A DNA stretch of 64,000 nt, taken from Sminthopsis crassicaudata. Taxonomy: Eukaryota. Positions 1 through 14,780 of this stretch are shown here, one piece after another. The stretch is taken from positions 7,693,607 through 7,757,606 of the forward strand of contig NC_133617.1 in NCBI RefSeq assembly GCF_048593235.1, read 5' to 3'. Under the pieces are notes generated by a model that saw only the letters and a program-made list of their open reading frames with translations, searched no databases and was not told the DNA's origin. The number at the start of each line of letters is the position of its first letter. Position 1 is the stretch's first letter. A program made the position numbers and the translations under genes.

Positions 1-2308
<2,308 letters not shown>

Positions 2309-2427
2309 CGGAGCCCGAGCCTGGCTGGCACCCTGGGACTCAGAGACAATGAGGACTGGCTGTGGGGGATGAGGGGCAGGGCAGGCTCCTCCCGGTTCTG
2401 TGTCTGCAACTCGCTGCTGATTCAGGC

Positions 2428-2433
2428 AATAAA
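2428..2433 (+). terminator. AATAAA poly(A) signal of the GGT1-like gene
   Basis: AATAAA 120 nt after the stop codon. Confidence 0.75.
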
Positions 2434-3689
2434 TGAGCTGGACCCATCTGCGCGGCTGCCCGCCTCCCAGGACCCATGGGGAGGGAGGAAAGCCCGGCCT
2501 TTGTCCCCTCTGGGGCCCTAACGGAACGGTGCCTGCTTGGCACCATGTCTGAGGGTCACTGTGGTCACTGGGATCCGGGCCTGGCACGATATCTGGAGCT
2601 CATTGTGGGCACCATGGGTGCCATGTGTGAGGGTCATCATGGGCACTGGGACCTGGGCCTGGCACAACATCTGGAATTCATTGTGGGCACTGGGACCCGG
2701 GCCTGGCCCCACGTCTGGAGCTCATTGCCGCCTCCAAGCATCCTCGGGTCTTTGGAAACCCCCTGGGCCGGTCTTCCCTCCCAGCGTTTCGCTCTGGGAA
2801 ATGGGGTTCCTGGACCCCCTAAGGCACTCGTCCCCCCAAAGTGAAGGACCCTCTGCCCCTTGCGCTGGGAGCCTCCCTTTGGGGGTCAGTCTCCCCTGGC
2901 TGACAGAGACCACGCCCTGAGCCTGGCTTCTAGGTCCTAGAAACGGAGTGGTGCCAGTGATGCCCACAGTGGGCAGGGGGTCCTGCTGGGTGCTGGGCTG
3001 GCCCCCTTCCCAACGATCCTGAGCTCCTGGCAGCCAGGAGAACGGGGGTTCAGGGCATGGGCCGGCCCTCTTCTCGCAATGACAGCGGCAGGTGCCAGCC
3101 AGAGAGAAGGCCCTCCTTCCTCCCTCCCTCCCTCCATTCCTCCCTCCTTTTCTCCTTTAAATAGGCAGCACTGGGAGATAGGGCTGAGGGGAGGGCTGCT
3201 GACCCCAGGGGAGCTCAGGTAATTTTGCAGAAGTCATGAAGGGGGCCGGGGTCCCTGTGCCCCGATGCCCCCCCCCACCCCGACAGGGACTGGAAGCTTC
3301 GAATGGGTTCAGACTTTTCTCTGCCCGTCTTGCCCCGTGGGAGAAAAGGGCCCGGGACCTGGCCTCGGAGGGGACCGGAGCCCAGCTCCCGGCTGCCCCT
3401 GAGCGCCCGCCTCGCCCGGGCCGGCCGAGAACCCTTCCAGAGGTGCTCAGCCCCGGAGCCCAGATGCCTCCCCGGCCCCGCGGGGGTGCACAGGAAGCGG
3501 CAGGGAGAGGTCGGGAAGCGGGGCCAGCCTTCCCCCCAGCAGCAGCTCCCGTTTCTGTGGGGCGGGCAGCAGACCCCAGGTGCCCCTCCCCTCCCCCGTG
3601 TCCAGAGAGGGCCCCGGGGGTCTGAAAGGGCAGGTCTGGCCTGGAGGGGGCGGCTGCGCAGGAACTCAGAGAAGGGGAGAGAGCCCGGC

Positions 3690-3695
3690 TTTATT
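3690..3695 (-). terminator. AATAAA poly(A) signal of CHCHD10
   Basis: tttatt on + strand, about 170 nt downstream of the CHCHD10 stop. Confidence 0.75.
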
Positions 3696-3865
3696 GTGGG
3701 GCCTGTTCTCTAGTGCCCGGGGCGTGTCCGAAGGGGCCGGCCCCACGCCCGGCTGCTCCGGCGGGGGGGGGGGGGGGGGAAGGGGGGAGAGATGGGGGGG
3801 TAGCTCCACGCTCTGGCACGTGGGGGGGGTCAGCTTCACGCTCCGGCACGTGGGGGGGGTCAGCT

Positions 3866-5624
3866 TCACAGCAGAGTGGTCAGACCTGCAAGGAGAGGGC
3901 CTGGGTCAGGGGGGGTGGGGCAGCTTTGGGGCCCTCCTTTCTGATCTCATCCCCAATCTCGCCCCCTCCCCCGTCCCCGCCCCTCCCCCGCCCCGCCCCC
4001 ACCCCCCCTCACCGTGGCTGCGCTGACACTGCTTCAGGGCCTCACTGAAGCCCTCACACAGGGTCAGGTCATTCTGGGTGGTGGAGCAGTCCAGGAACTG
4101 CTTGATCTCGTAGTAGCAGGGCCTTGAAGGGGCTGACAGGGGGGGCTGGGGCGCCTGGGGGGGACAGCAGGCAGAGGCTCAGGGAGGACCCCCGCCCCCA
4201 GCCTCTGCTCAGAGACCACAGGGGCACCGGGCTAGACCCTCCGTCTGCAAAGCCCAGGCTGTCCCCCTCCTCACTCCTTGTAAGGCGGCTGAAGCCTGAC
4301 TTTCCCAGCCCCTTCTGGGTCCCGGCTGCAGGGCGGGTTGGCCCCTCCCCCCTCAGCCCAGGGGGCACTTCGGCCCTGCTGGGGGGACTCCCGAGAAGGC
4401 CCCCCATCCTCGGCCCATCCCCCACTCCCTCCCGCTTTGCCCCCCGGAGCCTTCTCTTCTGGCCAGCCGGGGGCTTCCCCCGCCCCTCCCCCCGGGGGCC
4501 TGGAGGGATTCGGTGGTTGGGGCCTCGGAGCCCCTTTCGGGAGCGGCAGAGAAAACTGAGGCAAATGGAGTCCGAGCGCGGGGCGCCACCTAGCGGCGCT
4601 CCGGAGGAGCTGGGGGCCCGCGGCCGCGGCTCCTTCCCCAGCTTTGCGGGGTGCGCTCCGGGGCTCCGAGAAGCCGGGGTACAGTCTGCCCCGCTTCGGG
4701 GGTTCCAGTTGAAAAGGGGGAGGCTGCTCCGGGGTGGAGGCAAGGAGGCCTGAGGAGGTGAGGGGCCCAGGCGGGATGGGGTGGGCAGGGTGCGTCTCTC
4801 CGAGGCTCAGTTCTCTCAGTTGCAAGGTGGCCCTGGCACCAGCCCTGACTTTTCCCAGGGGCGATGCAGGCCGGGCCCCCCGACAGCGCTTCAGACGCGG
4901 CTGCGGAAACTGGGGGCGCCCTCCCTTCCCGCGCCTGCCCCCCATCCCGGGGACTCCGGCCTCCACCGAGCCCAGAAGGATGCCGGGGACCTGCAGCGGC
5001 CGGGCCCCGCCCACTCGGGCCGGAGCGGGGGGTGGGGGGTCATCCTCCTCCCGCCCCCGCCCCGCCCCCTCGGGAGCGGCCCAAGTCCCCACCCCCGCGG
5101 ACGGAGCGGAGGGCGGGGGGTCATCCTCCTCCTCCCGCCCCGCCCCCTTTCAGGACCCGGGCCACCGCCGGGGCCCCTTCACGCTCACCTGCTCGGGGCG
5201 CGGGGCCGACTCCGGCCCGGGGCTGCTGCCCCCCCCGAGGGCCCCCGTCAGGGCGCTGCCCACCACGTGGCCCACGGCCGAGCCGACGGCCACCCCCGCC
5301 GCCGTGGACGCCATCTGGGAGAAGAGGCCGGGCTGCCCGCTGGCCGGGGCAGGAGCGGGGGCCGGGGCCGCCGGGGGCGCCGGGCGGCTGCGGAGGGAGG
5401 GACGCGCGTCAGGAGGACCCCTGGCCCTTGCCCCCCTCCCTTCCCCAGCAGCGGCCGCCTCCCGCCCGGATGACCTTGGCCGTGACCTGACCGGCCCGCC
5501 GCGCTCTCCCACCCCGAGCCCTCCCGCCCCCGCAGCCCCCAGACCTCCTCTCCACCCACCCCAGCCCTGGGGCTCACCTGCCCGACGGGGCGGGCGCGAC
5601 GCTGCTGCGGCTTCCGCGGGGCAT
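3866..5624 (-). CDS. CHCHD10: CHCHD10, mitochondrial twin CX9C protein, 135 aa
   Basis: Exons 5624-5578, 5387-5189, 4154-4013, 3885-3866 (408 nt, all GT-AG, phases consistent). Protein MPRGSRS...[31 protein letters not shown]...[31 protein letters not shown]...GLTTLL*. Confidence 0.96.
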
Positions 5625-5950
5625 GGCGGCTCCCGGGAACCTGGACTGCCTCGGCGTAGACTGCGGCCTAGACTGGGGTGGCCGGAGGAGGTGGGTGGGG
5701 CCTGGCTGGGGCGGGGCCCCGGAAGGATCACCCCGCCCCCTTGTCCTTTCCCTAGGGGCAAAGGCTGCTCCCACGTGGGAGGCCCGGGGGCACCGCTTGG
5801 CTAGCGCCTCCCGGGGCGCGGGCTCTGGTGGCTCCCTCCTGCAGGGGCTCAACGAGTGGGCCCCCTCCCTCGGGCTCTGGGAGCCTCCCGGGCCTCTCGG
5901 GAGGAGCCTTTGGAAGAGGAGTCTCCTTATTCTTGGGGACACCCGAAAAC
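4500..5950. promoter_or_regulatory. CpG island over CHCHD10 5' end and promoter
   Basis: Very high GC and dense CpG around exons 1-2. Confidence 0.75.
4581..4598 (-). promoter_or_regulatory. Candidate CTCF site in CHCHD10 intron 2
   Basis: Minus strand reads CCGCTAGGTGGCGC, a close match to the CTCF core motif. Confidence 0.55.
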
Positions 5951-6996
5951 GACCCGAGCTACCCACCCCTCTGGGCCGCCTCACTCTCGGAAACTTCATC
6001 TTACCGAGTTAGAGAAAACAAAAGCCAAATTCATCTGGGAGAACCGAAGGTCCGGATCCTAAAGAAACCACGAGAAGGGAAACGGCCCCCTCGAGGCCAG
6101 CGCTGAAATGCAAAACGAGGAACTGCGTTTTCCAAGGAGATGTTTCTTGGGTAAGTAAAACTAAGGCAGCGAGCGGAAAGAAACGCGGAGAAGAGGGGCC
6201 CAAACGGCCCTAGGTGGGATGACGGGGGACTCTGCCCTGCTCCCCAAATGACGGGCTGCTGAGGGACGAACAAGACCTGGAGACACCTGGATCTTGAAGA
6301 AACATGCTGTCCCCCTTCGCAAGAAAAGGGGAAATCCACACGATCCGGTCTTAAGGACGCGCGGGCCCCGGACTGTGTTTGTAGGTGTCTATGTGTCGGA
6401 AGTCAGTCGGAGCCTTCTTGGAGGGGAGGGAGAAAAAAAATAAATTAAAAGGGAACAGCAGAGAACTAAAGGAAGCCCCTAGGAAGCACTGAAAAGCTGG
6501 GCAGCTTCGGAAAAAATGTCTCGCGTTGATTACATGGGTTTTCTTGAAATGGAAATCTATTGTTTTATATTGAAGCCATCTCTTGTGGGCTTTGTATATA
6601 TGGGAATTTTTTCTTTTTAAAATTTTAATTCTCAAAATAAATAAAAAATTACACAACCCCTCCCCCAAGCCAAATGGGTAGTTATGTAAAACAAAATTCT
6701 TCACTGACTATGTTCTTTTTTTCTTTTTCTTTATTCATTGTAATAATTTTTTTTACAAGAATCTCTCTCATTTTAATTCTCCTCCCTCTCCTGGAAAGTG
6801 ATTCAATGCAACAAATAACATTTTGGAAAAATAAAGAAGGAAAAAGACAAAAATTCATTACAAAATACATATTTTATACATATACAGAATATGTATACAA
6901 TTATAAATATGTATGATACATAAAAATATGTAATACGATACATACAAAAGTGTGAAAACATAGGCATACCTTTGGACCTCCCACAGACCATGTTCT

Positions 6997-7132
6997 TTTT
7001 TTTTTTTTTTCCTGAGGCTGGGGTTAAGTGACTTGCTCAGGGTCACACAGCTAGGAAGGGTTAACCGATTTGAACTTGGGTCCTCCTGAATTCAGGGCTG
7101 GTACTCTATCCACTGCGCCACCTAGCTGCCCC
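6997..7132 (-). mobile_element. WSINE1-type CORE-SINE with target-site duplication
   Basis: Poly-T plus cctgaggctggggttaagtgacttg...gcgccacctagctgcccc; TSD agaccatgttct at 6985-6996 and 7133-7144. Confidence 0.9.
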
Positions 7133-7229
7133 AGACCATGTTCTCTTAAAAAAAAAAACACAAGAAAAGGCAAGAAAAAGAAAAAAGTAAAAAGCTTCAG
7201 TGGGGCCGTGAGTCTCTTAGCTCTTCCTC

Positions 7230-7495
7230 TGGAGCCGGGCAGCATGTTTCTTGGGTGTCCCTCCTGGATGAGGGATCATATGGAGAAGTGGCTCCCAGCT
7301 GATCATGAACGACGTCGCCGTTGCTGGGTACAATGTTCTCCCGCCTCTGCTCACTTCCCCCAGCACCAGTTCGTGTAAGTCCTTCCAGGTTGCCTGAAGC
7401 CATCCCTTCCGGTCATTGCTTACAGCACACTCCATCGCATTTGTCGGCACAGTAGATGAGGATACCCTCCATTTCCGATTCTTTGCCCCTTTTTA
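7230..7495 (-). mobile_element. L1 3' region fragment, GC-shifted
   Basis: gtacaatgttctccc..ctctgctcacttcc..cagttcgtgtaagtccttccagg aligns by eye with the L1 3' copies at ~11480 and ~35620. Confidence 0.7.
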
Positions 7496-8833
7496 TTAAG
7501 AGGGGGAGAGATCGTGAGGTCCATTTGGGAAGGAAGATGGGAGACAATCCTGGGAGGACTCAGTGCTGGGCCGAGGATTCTCATTCACAGAATGCCGAGT
7601 ACCTACGGGCGTTAAGGGAAGCAAAAGCGCCGGGTTGGTCCAGTTCTCAAAACGCTTCTCTAGGGTGTGTCAACAGCATCACAGATTCCTGTCACCATCA
7701 TCTGCCCCCGAACTGGTTCCCCTTTCTGGCGTCCCCGATCCCATACCAGCTCTGCCATCTGCCCCCACTCCAAACTTAGGCTCAAAACTGTCATCCAAGG
7801 AGGCAGCTCCAATGGACAAGGACCAGCCATCTGCCCCCATGTCAACTATCTGCCCCTCACCGGATGGCCAGCGTGGCCCTCGTGGCCAGGCGCTCTGAGG
7901 GAGAGACAAGCGGCAGCGGTGCTGGGCAAGTCGGAGGGCGGCCATCTCCCAGGACGCGGGGCCCCAGGGCCTTGGGCACGGCCAGGCTTCCGGTCAACCT
8001 CCTGGGAGTGTTGTGCCCTGACAGACCGCCATTAGGCCCAAGAGGAATTCCCCATGGACACTTACAGCGGGAACACTGACACGCAAGTGCGGCCACGAGG
8101 ATCCGATGGCCCCTTCATGGGTGAAGCTTCTAGCTTATGAGGAGCAAGAAGGGGGAGTGTCCTTATGGCCACAAGCAATAGTTGTGCCCAAGCAAAAGCT
8201 CCTTCTCTGGGGATGCCCTGAGACCTGAGGCTGCTGCCTGAGATGTTTCAGGGAGATGGCAAAGGAGGGCGCTGATTGAAAAACGACCCTTAGGGGCCTA
8301 GAGAAGGGGGAGCTTTTTGTAATTTCCCTGTCATGGCGTCACGGGTGTGTCTACAGGGGCTTGAGCTGGAATACAGAGCTTGTGCGCCAGGCTGGAGACC
8401 TCTGGGGGGTTTTGCATCGAAGTTTCATATTGCCCTTGAGGGTAGGGGGTCGCCCCTGGAGAGGCGGCCCCCTGGGGAGGGCCAGAGCTCCCTGGGGAGG
8501 GGCAGCTTCTGCTGCAGTCACAGCTAATGAGGACTCAGAAGGGAAAGGCAAGTCCCCCCACCCCTCCTCTGCGTGGCCCCTTCCCATGCTTCAGCCACAG
8601 AAGCAGATGGAATAGTTAGCGGTGGAAATGACCCCGGCAGAGAGGCTGAACTCTCCCGCTGCCCCTTGGGTTCTTGCTCCGGGAGCTCCTGAAAAGCAGG
8701 GACTGTGTGACTGTCTGGTTTATGACTCCGGGGCTTGAGGCACAGGCTAGCCCTGGATAAATGCTTCCTGCATGGTTCTCGCCACCCTTTGCACCCTCCA
8801 GATTCCAGGCCCCTTGGCCCTCCCCACCTCCAC

Positions 8834-9120
8834 TTCCGGGTTTCCCTGGCCTCCTCCGGGCTGCCCTGGCATTCTCCGGGCTTCCCTGGCCTCCTCCGGG
8901 CTTCCCTGGCCTCCTCCGGGCTGCCCTGGCATTCTCCGGGCTTCCCTGGCATTCTCCGGGCTTCCCTGGCCTCCTCCGGGCTGCCCTGGCCTCCTCCGGG
9001 CTTCCCTGGCCTCCTCCGGGCTGCCCTGGCCTCCTCCGGGCTGCCCTGGCCTCCTCCGGGCTGCCCTGGCCTCCTCCGGGCTTCCCTGGCCTCCTCCGGG
9101 CTGCCCTGGCCTCTTCCAGG
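8834..9120. repeat. 20-bp minisatellite, about 14 copies
   Basis: Unit c(t/tg)ccctggc(c/a)t(c/t)ctccggg in phase across lines 8821-9120. Confidence 0.95.
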
Positions 9121-9555
9121 AACCTGCTGCGGGAGGGGGGGCCTTCCGGTCCCAGCCCGCTGCTGCTGCTGCTCTCCCCTGAGGAACCCCGATTGCCTTC
9201 CGCGAGTCTCCCTTGCAGGGACACAGCTGTCTGTGGGCTCTCCCTCATCAGACTGCCACCCATTTCAAAGGGGCTGCTTGTCGCCCCGGGGCTTGGCATC
9301 CGTGCTTGAGGACGGGGCCCACTTTGAAGGGTGGGGCCTGGATTTAGCAGGGGGGGGCAGAGATTTCTCTGGTTTTTGCATCCCTGAATCCTGTCTTTTC
9401 TTGCCTTTGCAGCTCGAATTCTGGACGGAGCCGCAGGGAAGTGAGGGGGCTTTTCTTCCTTACGCCGTCCTTGGGAGAGGGCGCCATAGATCTAGAGAGA
9501 ATGGGGCACCCGAATTAGAGACCTCGGGGAGACGGGTGGGCCATTGGCTTGAGTA

Positions 9556-9573
9556 CAGCGCCACCTGGTGGGC
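9556..9573 (-). promoter_or_regulatory. Strong candidate CTCF site between CHCHD10 and MMP11
   Basis: Minus strand reads CCACCAGGTGGCGCTG, near-consensus CTCF motif outside any recognised SINE. Confidence 0.65.
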
Positions 9574-10259
9574 GCGCCACCCATTTCACTCTCCTTGTCA
9601 AGGCTCAGTAGCATGGATCTCGGCCCCAGTCGGGTGGGATGTCCCGGGCCCAGGCTGGGGAGCGGTGACCATGGCAACATCCCCATCCCTCCCGGGTGTG
9701 GCGGGCAACTTGTTCCTCACCTGCAATAGGGGATGGCCGTAGGACCAAAGAGGGGGGAGGGGAGATCCCCCAGAGCCAGCCTGCTCCGGCCAGGATAGCT
9801 TGTGCCACTTGCTGCGGCCCGAATCGCCAGCTCAGGGGAGGGAGGAAGCGTACCCTGCTCTCAGAAAGTCCCCGAGGGGGTTGCTCTCCCTGTTCTCGTG
9901 CAGCAGATGGGGATAAAACGCAGGCTGGGCCACAAGGCAGTGGCGGGATTCAGGACCGGCCGGTCATAGTCCGAGGGCCGCTGGGCGGGGGTCCGGTTTG
10001 GCCCTGTCCTCGGGGACTCGCCTAAAGGCACCGGGGTCAGAGAGAGCAGACAATAAGGCCAAGCAGCAGAGTCTGGGCCCAAGAAGGTGAAATTCCCCAG
10101 GGATAAAGGCCCTCCGGCAGAAGTGCTTTACAAGTCCAGGTCTGCAAGAATCAAAGAGAAGGTGCGGGTCTGAGTGGCCCCCAAACCCAACAGGAGCCAA
10201 GAGACCATATGGCAGCCAGGAAAGCCTGGGCTGCAGGAAGAAAGGCACAGATTCCGGGA

Positions 10260-10420
10260 TTGGACCTCCTGGGGAGCCTGTGGTCAGTCCTGGGCACCTC
10301 AGTTTGGGAAGGACATTGATAAGCTGAGGGCGCCCAGGGAAGGCAGCCATCTCCCAGTTCCCCTAGAATTCACTGACACATTTGGGTGTGTTTAGCCAGA
10401 GAAGAGATGAGTGGGGCGGC
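10260..10420 (+). mobile_element. L3/CR1 fragment
   Basis: ctgggcacctcagtttgggaaggacattgataagctg and gtgtttagccagagaagag resemble recalled CR1/L3 3' sequence. Confidence 0.6.
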
Positions 10421-10469
10421 AGGATGTCACGTGAGAGACAGGCCGCGAGGAGGAGCCATAGGGCACCGA

Positions 10470-10662
10470 GCACTTGGCCTGGAGTCCAGAAGACTCATAT
10501 CTGAGTTCAAATCCCGGCCTAAACACTTGCTAGGTGTGGGAAGTCCCTTAACTCTGCCTCAGTTTCCTCATCTGTAAAATGAGCTGGAGAAGAAAATGGC
10601 AAACCCCTCCAGTCTCTCTGCCAAGAAAATGAAGAGTTCGACACGACTGAAAACAAGTGAAG
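10470..10662 (+). mobile_element. MAR1/MIR-type CORE-SINE
   Basis: gagttcaaatcc B-box, ctcagtttcctcatctgtaaaatg core, ggagaagaaaatggcaaaccc RTE-like tail. Confidence 0.8.
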
Positions 10663-11129
10663 GACGCGTGAGAGACAAATCAGACTTACTCCATTTGGTC
10701 CCAGAACCAGGAACCATGGCTGGAAAGTTGGCCAGTTTAAGCTTCATGCAGGAAAAGCGGTCCCGCCATGAAGGCTTGGGAGACCTGGAGCAGAAGCTGA
10801 CCCGGCTACTCCCTGCTGGGCTGCCTTGGATCCCTGAGACGGCAGTTTGGTCGTGATGGGGCCGGGCTGGCCAAAGAGAGCCTTGTCCTCGGAGCCTGAG
10901 GATGTGCTCCCCATGTGGTCCTCACATCCAAGGAACAGTGTGCAAAGCTGTGAGCGCAGCGCCCAACCCTTTGTGACTGAGACAACTAGTTCCCGGCTCC
11001 GCTGCTGGGCCCATCGAGGCCTCAGAAGCAGCTGAGTGGAAACTAGCCAGGAACCCCAAGGTTCATTTGGCTTCCCATCAGACCCTTTGTCTTCCTTCCA
11101 GAGGAGGAACGGGAGCTGCTGGGGAGAAG

Positions 11130-11760
11130 GTAGAACCAGCCCCCTACTTCTCCAATGACAAAAACCTCCAATTTTTAACGTTTTAAAAAGTCTTGAGTTC
11201 CACATTCTCTGCTCTCTCTCACTTCCCTCCCTCCTACCTGAGATGGTAAGCAATCAGATGTAGGTTATGGATGTGCAATCATGGAAAACATTCCATATTA
11301 GTCATTAGACTTGAAAGAAAGGAAGAAAGAAAAGGAGAAGCAGGACGTTTCGTTCTGCATTCAGACAACATCCACTCTTTGTCCAGGGGAGGACAGCGTT
11401 TTTCATCATGAAGCCTATCGGATGGTCTCGGATCATTGGATTGCCAAGAATCACAAAGGCAGTCAGTTCTTCGTTGCTGTTGCTCTGTGCAATATTCTCC
11501 TGGTTCTGCTCATTTCCTTTTGCTCCAGTTCATGGAATTCTTTCCAAGTTTTTCTGAAATCAGTCCGTTTGTCATTTCCCCATCACAATCACATCCCGCA
11601 GCTCTTCCCCAATGACGGGCATCTCCTCCGCTTCAATTCTTTGCCATCACAAAAAGTGGACAGAAACATTTTGTATAAATACGTTCTTCCTCTTCCCCTC
11701 TTGAAATCTCTTTGTGGCTTCCTATTTCTTTTGCATTTATTCTTTCCAGATCTTTAGGCA
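11130..11760 (-). mobile_element. L1 3' end fragment
   Basis: caatattctcctggttctgctcatttcc...gatgggcatctcc...ttctttgcca, typical of marsupial L1 3' sequence in antisense. Confidence 0.75.
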
Positions 11761-12189
11761 AAAAGGATTTCAAGAGCAAAACCCCCAGGTGACTAGAGAG
11801 TTGGGAGACAAAAGGCTCACCAGTAGCAAGTCGGCAGCAGTCAGGAGGTGGCTCAGCTGCAAAGGCAAAAAGGGTGGCAGCCGAGCAGCTCAGCCTGCAG
11901 GGCTCTGAGGAGCTGCCAGACAAGAGCTGATAGATATTCTGTTCTTCTCCAGCACCATAGCTGGACTGGACTGGCCGGCCCGGGGCCAGTGATGGATTGT
12001 CCGTCCAGCAGTTTAAATTAGTGCAAAATATCCACCCCCCTCACTAAGAAATCTCCAGGGGCACCTAACCCTAACCCTAAGCCTGAGATCTCATTGTTCA
12101 ATTTAAGTCGTGTTCTTGACAAAGACACTGGAGTAGTTTGCTATTTTCTTCTCCAGGTCATTTTCAGATGAGGAATTGATTCAGATTAT

Positions 12190-12467
12190 AGACCATGGCA
12201 TCTACATATTTTTAAAACTAGTTATAATTCAGGGGCAGCTAGGTGGCACAGTGGATAGAGGCACTAGCCTTGAATTCAGGAGGACCCGAGTTCAAATCTG
12301 GTCTCAGACACACTTAACCCCAGCCTCAGGGGAAAAAAATTAGTTATAATTCAATATAATGAGTTTCCTTTGCAATTCTATGTATTTTTTATACATTTAA
12401 AATGAGACTTCACCAGACTGACTACCCAAGGTGTCCATGACACTAAAAAAGGGCTAAGATTCCCTGA
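12190..12467. mobile_element. hAT-type MITE remnant interrupted by a SINE
   Basis: cttcaccagactg...gtccatgacactaaaaaagggctaagattccctg resembles the recalled end of a marsupial hAT MITE. Confidence 0.45.
12232..12340 (+). mobile_element. Internally deleted WSINE1-type SINE with 13-bp TSD
   Basis: ggggcagctaggtggc...gtctcagacacacttaaccccagcctcagg plus A-tail; TSD tagttataattca at 12219-12231 and 12341-12353. Confidence 0.88.
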
Positions 12468-13004
12468 GACAGGGGAAGGTAGACAAGGGGGTAACCCACG
12501 CCATGGGGAGCCCCTTTGCTGGAAGATCTTCCTCCCCTTTTGGGGTTCTCCTGAGTTCTTTTTGGCCATGGCTAGCTCTCCTCTGTGCTCCCTGCAGAAC
12601 CCTGAAGCTGCCCTTCCTCCGGTTTCTAGTTTGCCCACTGATTCCAGTGTAGATCCTGCCTCCAATCACTGAAGCTCTAGGGACATTGTTGGGACACCAA
12701 TGAGAAATCCGGAGCCTCCAACCCTTTAAACTTTACAAACTCAATTTATGGTAGGAAGAAAAGGGATGATATTGAGTCTCTATCTTCCCCATCCCCAGAA
12801 AGTTATCCTCTCTCAGAGACTTGGCTGGAGTGCTGGCCAGGTACTCAGAGCTGCAATCCCAGCTGTTTTGTCATTTTTTAAGATCCAACAGATGTGACTG
12901 AAATAATCCAAATGTACTTCCTGTGTCAGTCAGTTCCTCCAAGCATTGGATGAGGTGCTTGGTATCCCCTCATCTCCTTGAGTGTAAAAGCTCTTCCTCT
13001 TCTT

Positions 13005-13165
13005 TTTTTTCTTCTTCTTCTTTTTTTTTTTTCCTGAGGCTGGGGTGAAGTGACTTGCCCAGGGTCACACAACTAGGAAGTGTTAAGTGTCTGAGACTAA
13101 ATTTGAACTTAGATCCTCCTGAATTCAGAGCTGGTGCTCTCTCCACTGCGCCACCTAGCTGCCCC
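13005..13165 (-). mobile_element. WSINE1-type SINE
   Basis: Poly-T plus the same consensus as 6997-7132. Confidence 0.88.
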
Positions 13166-13169
13166 CTTC

Positions 13170-14780
13170 TGCACCTCTTTCATGTGAAAGAGTTTACCCC
13201 ATTTTAGTCTTCCTTTTCCTCTTCTCCGAGTGCATCCCTCTTTCTCACCCCTTAGTTTTCTTTTGGGGGATATCATAGCATCATATTCAACTCACACCCA
13301 TGCTCTCTGTCTATGGAGATTCTTAACAGCCCTAATAAAGGAAAAGTTCTTAGGTGTTGCAAGTGACTTCTTCTCTCATAATATGTAAACAATTTCCCTT
13401 TATTGCTTGCCTTCTGATGTGTATTTCCTCTTTGCCTTCTCATGCTTGTCTCAAGTCTTAAATCTAAAACTCAAATTTTCTGTTCATTTCTGGTCTTTCA
13501 TCAGGAACACTTGATTGAGAGTTCTCAATTTCATTGAAAAGCCATCTTTCCCCTAAAAGGATTATACTTAATTGTACCGGGTAGGTGATTCTGGGTCTGA
13601 CTTACTCCTTTGTCCTCTGGAAGATCATATTTGAAACTGTTTGATCCTTTCATGTAGAAGCTTCCAAATCTTGTATCATCCTGACTGTGGCTCCAAGATA
13701 TCTAAATTGTTTCTTTCTGCAGGATTTTCTTTTGATCTGCAAGCTCTGGAATTTGACTATAATATTCCAGAGAGTTTTTCTTGGGGGATCTCTTTCAGGA
13801 GGTGATCAGTGGATTTTTTTCAATTTCTATTTTACTCTCTGGTTCTAGAATTTTAGGGCAGCTTTCTGTGATAAATTCTTGAAATATATCTAAGCTCTTT
13901 CTTTGATCATGGCTTTCAGGTTTTTCAATAATTCTTAAATTATCTCTTTTTCATATATTTTCTAGGTCAGTTATTTTTCTAATGAGATATTTCACATTTT
14001 CTTTTATTTTTTCATTTTTCAATTTGTTCTATTGTTTCATGATTTTTCATGGAGTCATTAGTGGTCACTTGCCCAGTTCTAATTTTTAAGGAATTATTTT
14101 CTGCAGGGACTTTTTGTACTTCCTTTTTCATTTGTCCAATTTTATGTTATTTTGTTTTTCTTTCTTCCCCTGGGGCAATTGGGGTTAAGGGACTTACTCA
14201 GGGTCACACAGCTAGGAAGTGTTAAGTGTCTGAGTTCAAATTTGAACTCAGGTCCTCCTGACTTCAGGGCTGGTGTTCCATCCACTGTGCCACCTCGTTG
14301 CCCCCCCAATTTTATTTTTCAAGGATTTCTTTTTTTAGTAAAATTTTGCAACTTTTTCCCCAATTCTGTTGTTTTTTTTTTTTTTTTTAAGGAATTCAAA
14401 TTCTTCTCAATGAATTTATTCTACCTCTCTTATTTGATTTTTAAAATCCCTTCTGAATTCTTTGAGGGCCTGAGATCAATTCGCCTTTTTCTTTGAGATC
14501 TCGCATATAGCTGCTTTGATCTCATTGTCTTCTTGTGAGTTTATGAACTTTATAACTCTCTAGAGTTAAGTTCTTTTTAAAAATGTTTGCTCATTTTTCA
14601 GCCTTTTTCTTGATTTTTAACTTTATATTAAAATTGGGTTTGGCTCCTGGGGTGGAGAGGGCACTGTCCCAAGTTTCAAGTTTTTCATGCAGCTAGTTTT
14701 CAGAGCTAGTTCTGGGACCCTGTAAATTTTCAGTTCTTCCACTGCTCTATTGCCCTGTGCTCTGGTTTGGGACTAATATT
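13170..14780 (-). mobile_element. L1 ORF1-region fragment (antisense), interrupted by a SINE at ~14150-14305
   Basis: ctttcaggaggtgatcagtggattttttcaatttctattttactctctggttctaga and the T-rich flanks resemble antisense marsupial L1 ORF1; WSINE1 copy at 14170-14305. Confidence 0.75.

Noticed and set aside
6145-6156. Perfect GG|GTAAGT donor divergent from the CHCHD10 promoter
   Set aside because: A single motif with no transcript evidence; expected by chance in 64 kb.
10744-10860. MQEKRSRHEGLGDLEQKLTRLL as a possible C22orf15 remnant
   Set aside because: Similarity is very weak and there are no supporting exons or splice sites.
12064-12084. cctaaccctaaccctaa telomere-like motif
   Set aside because: Under three units; too short to call an interstitial telomeric sequence.
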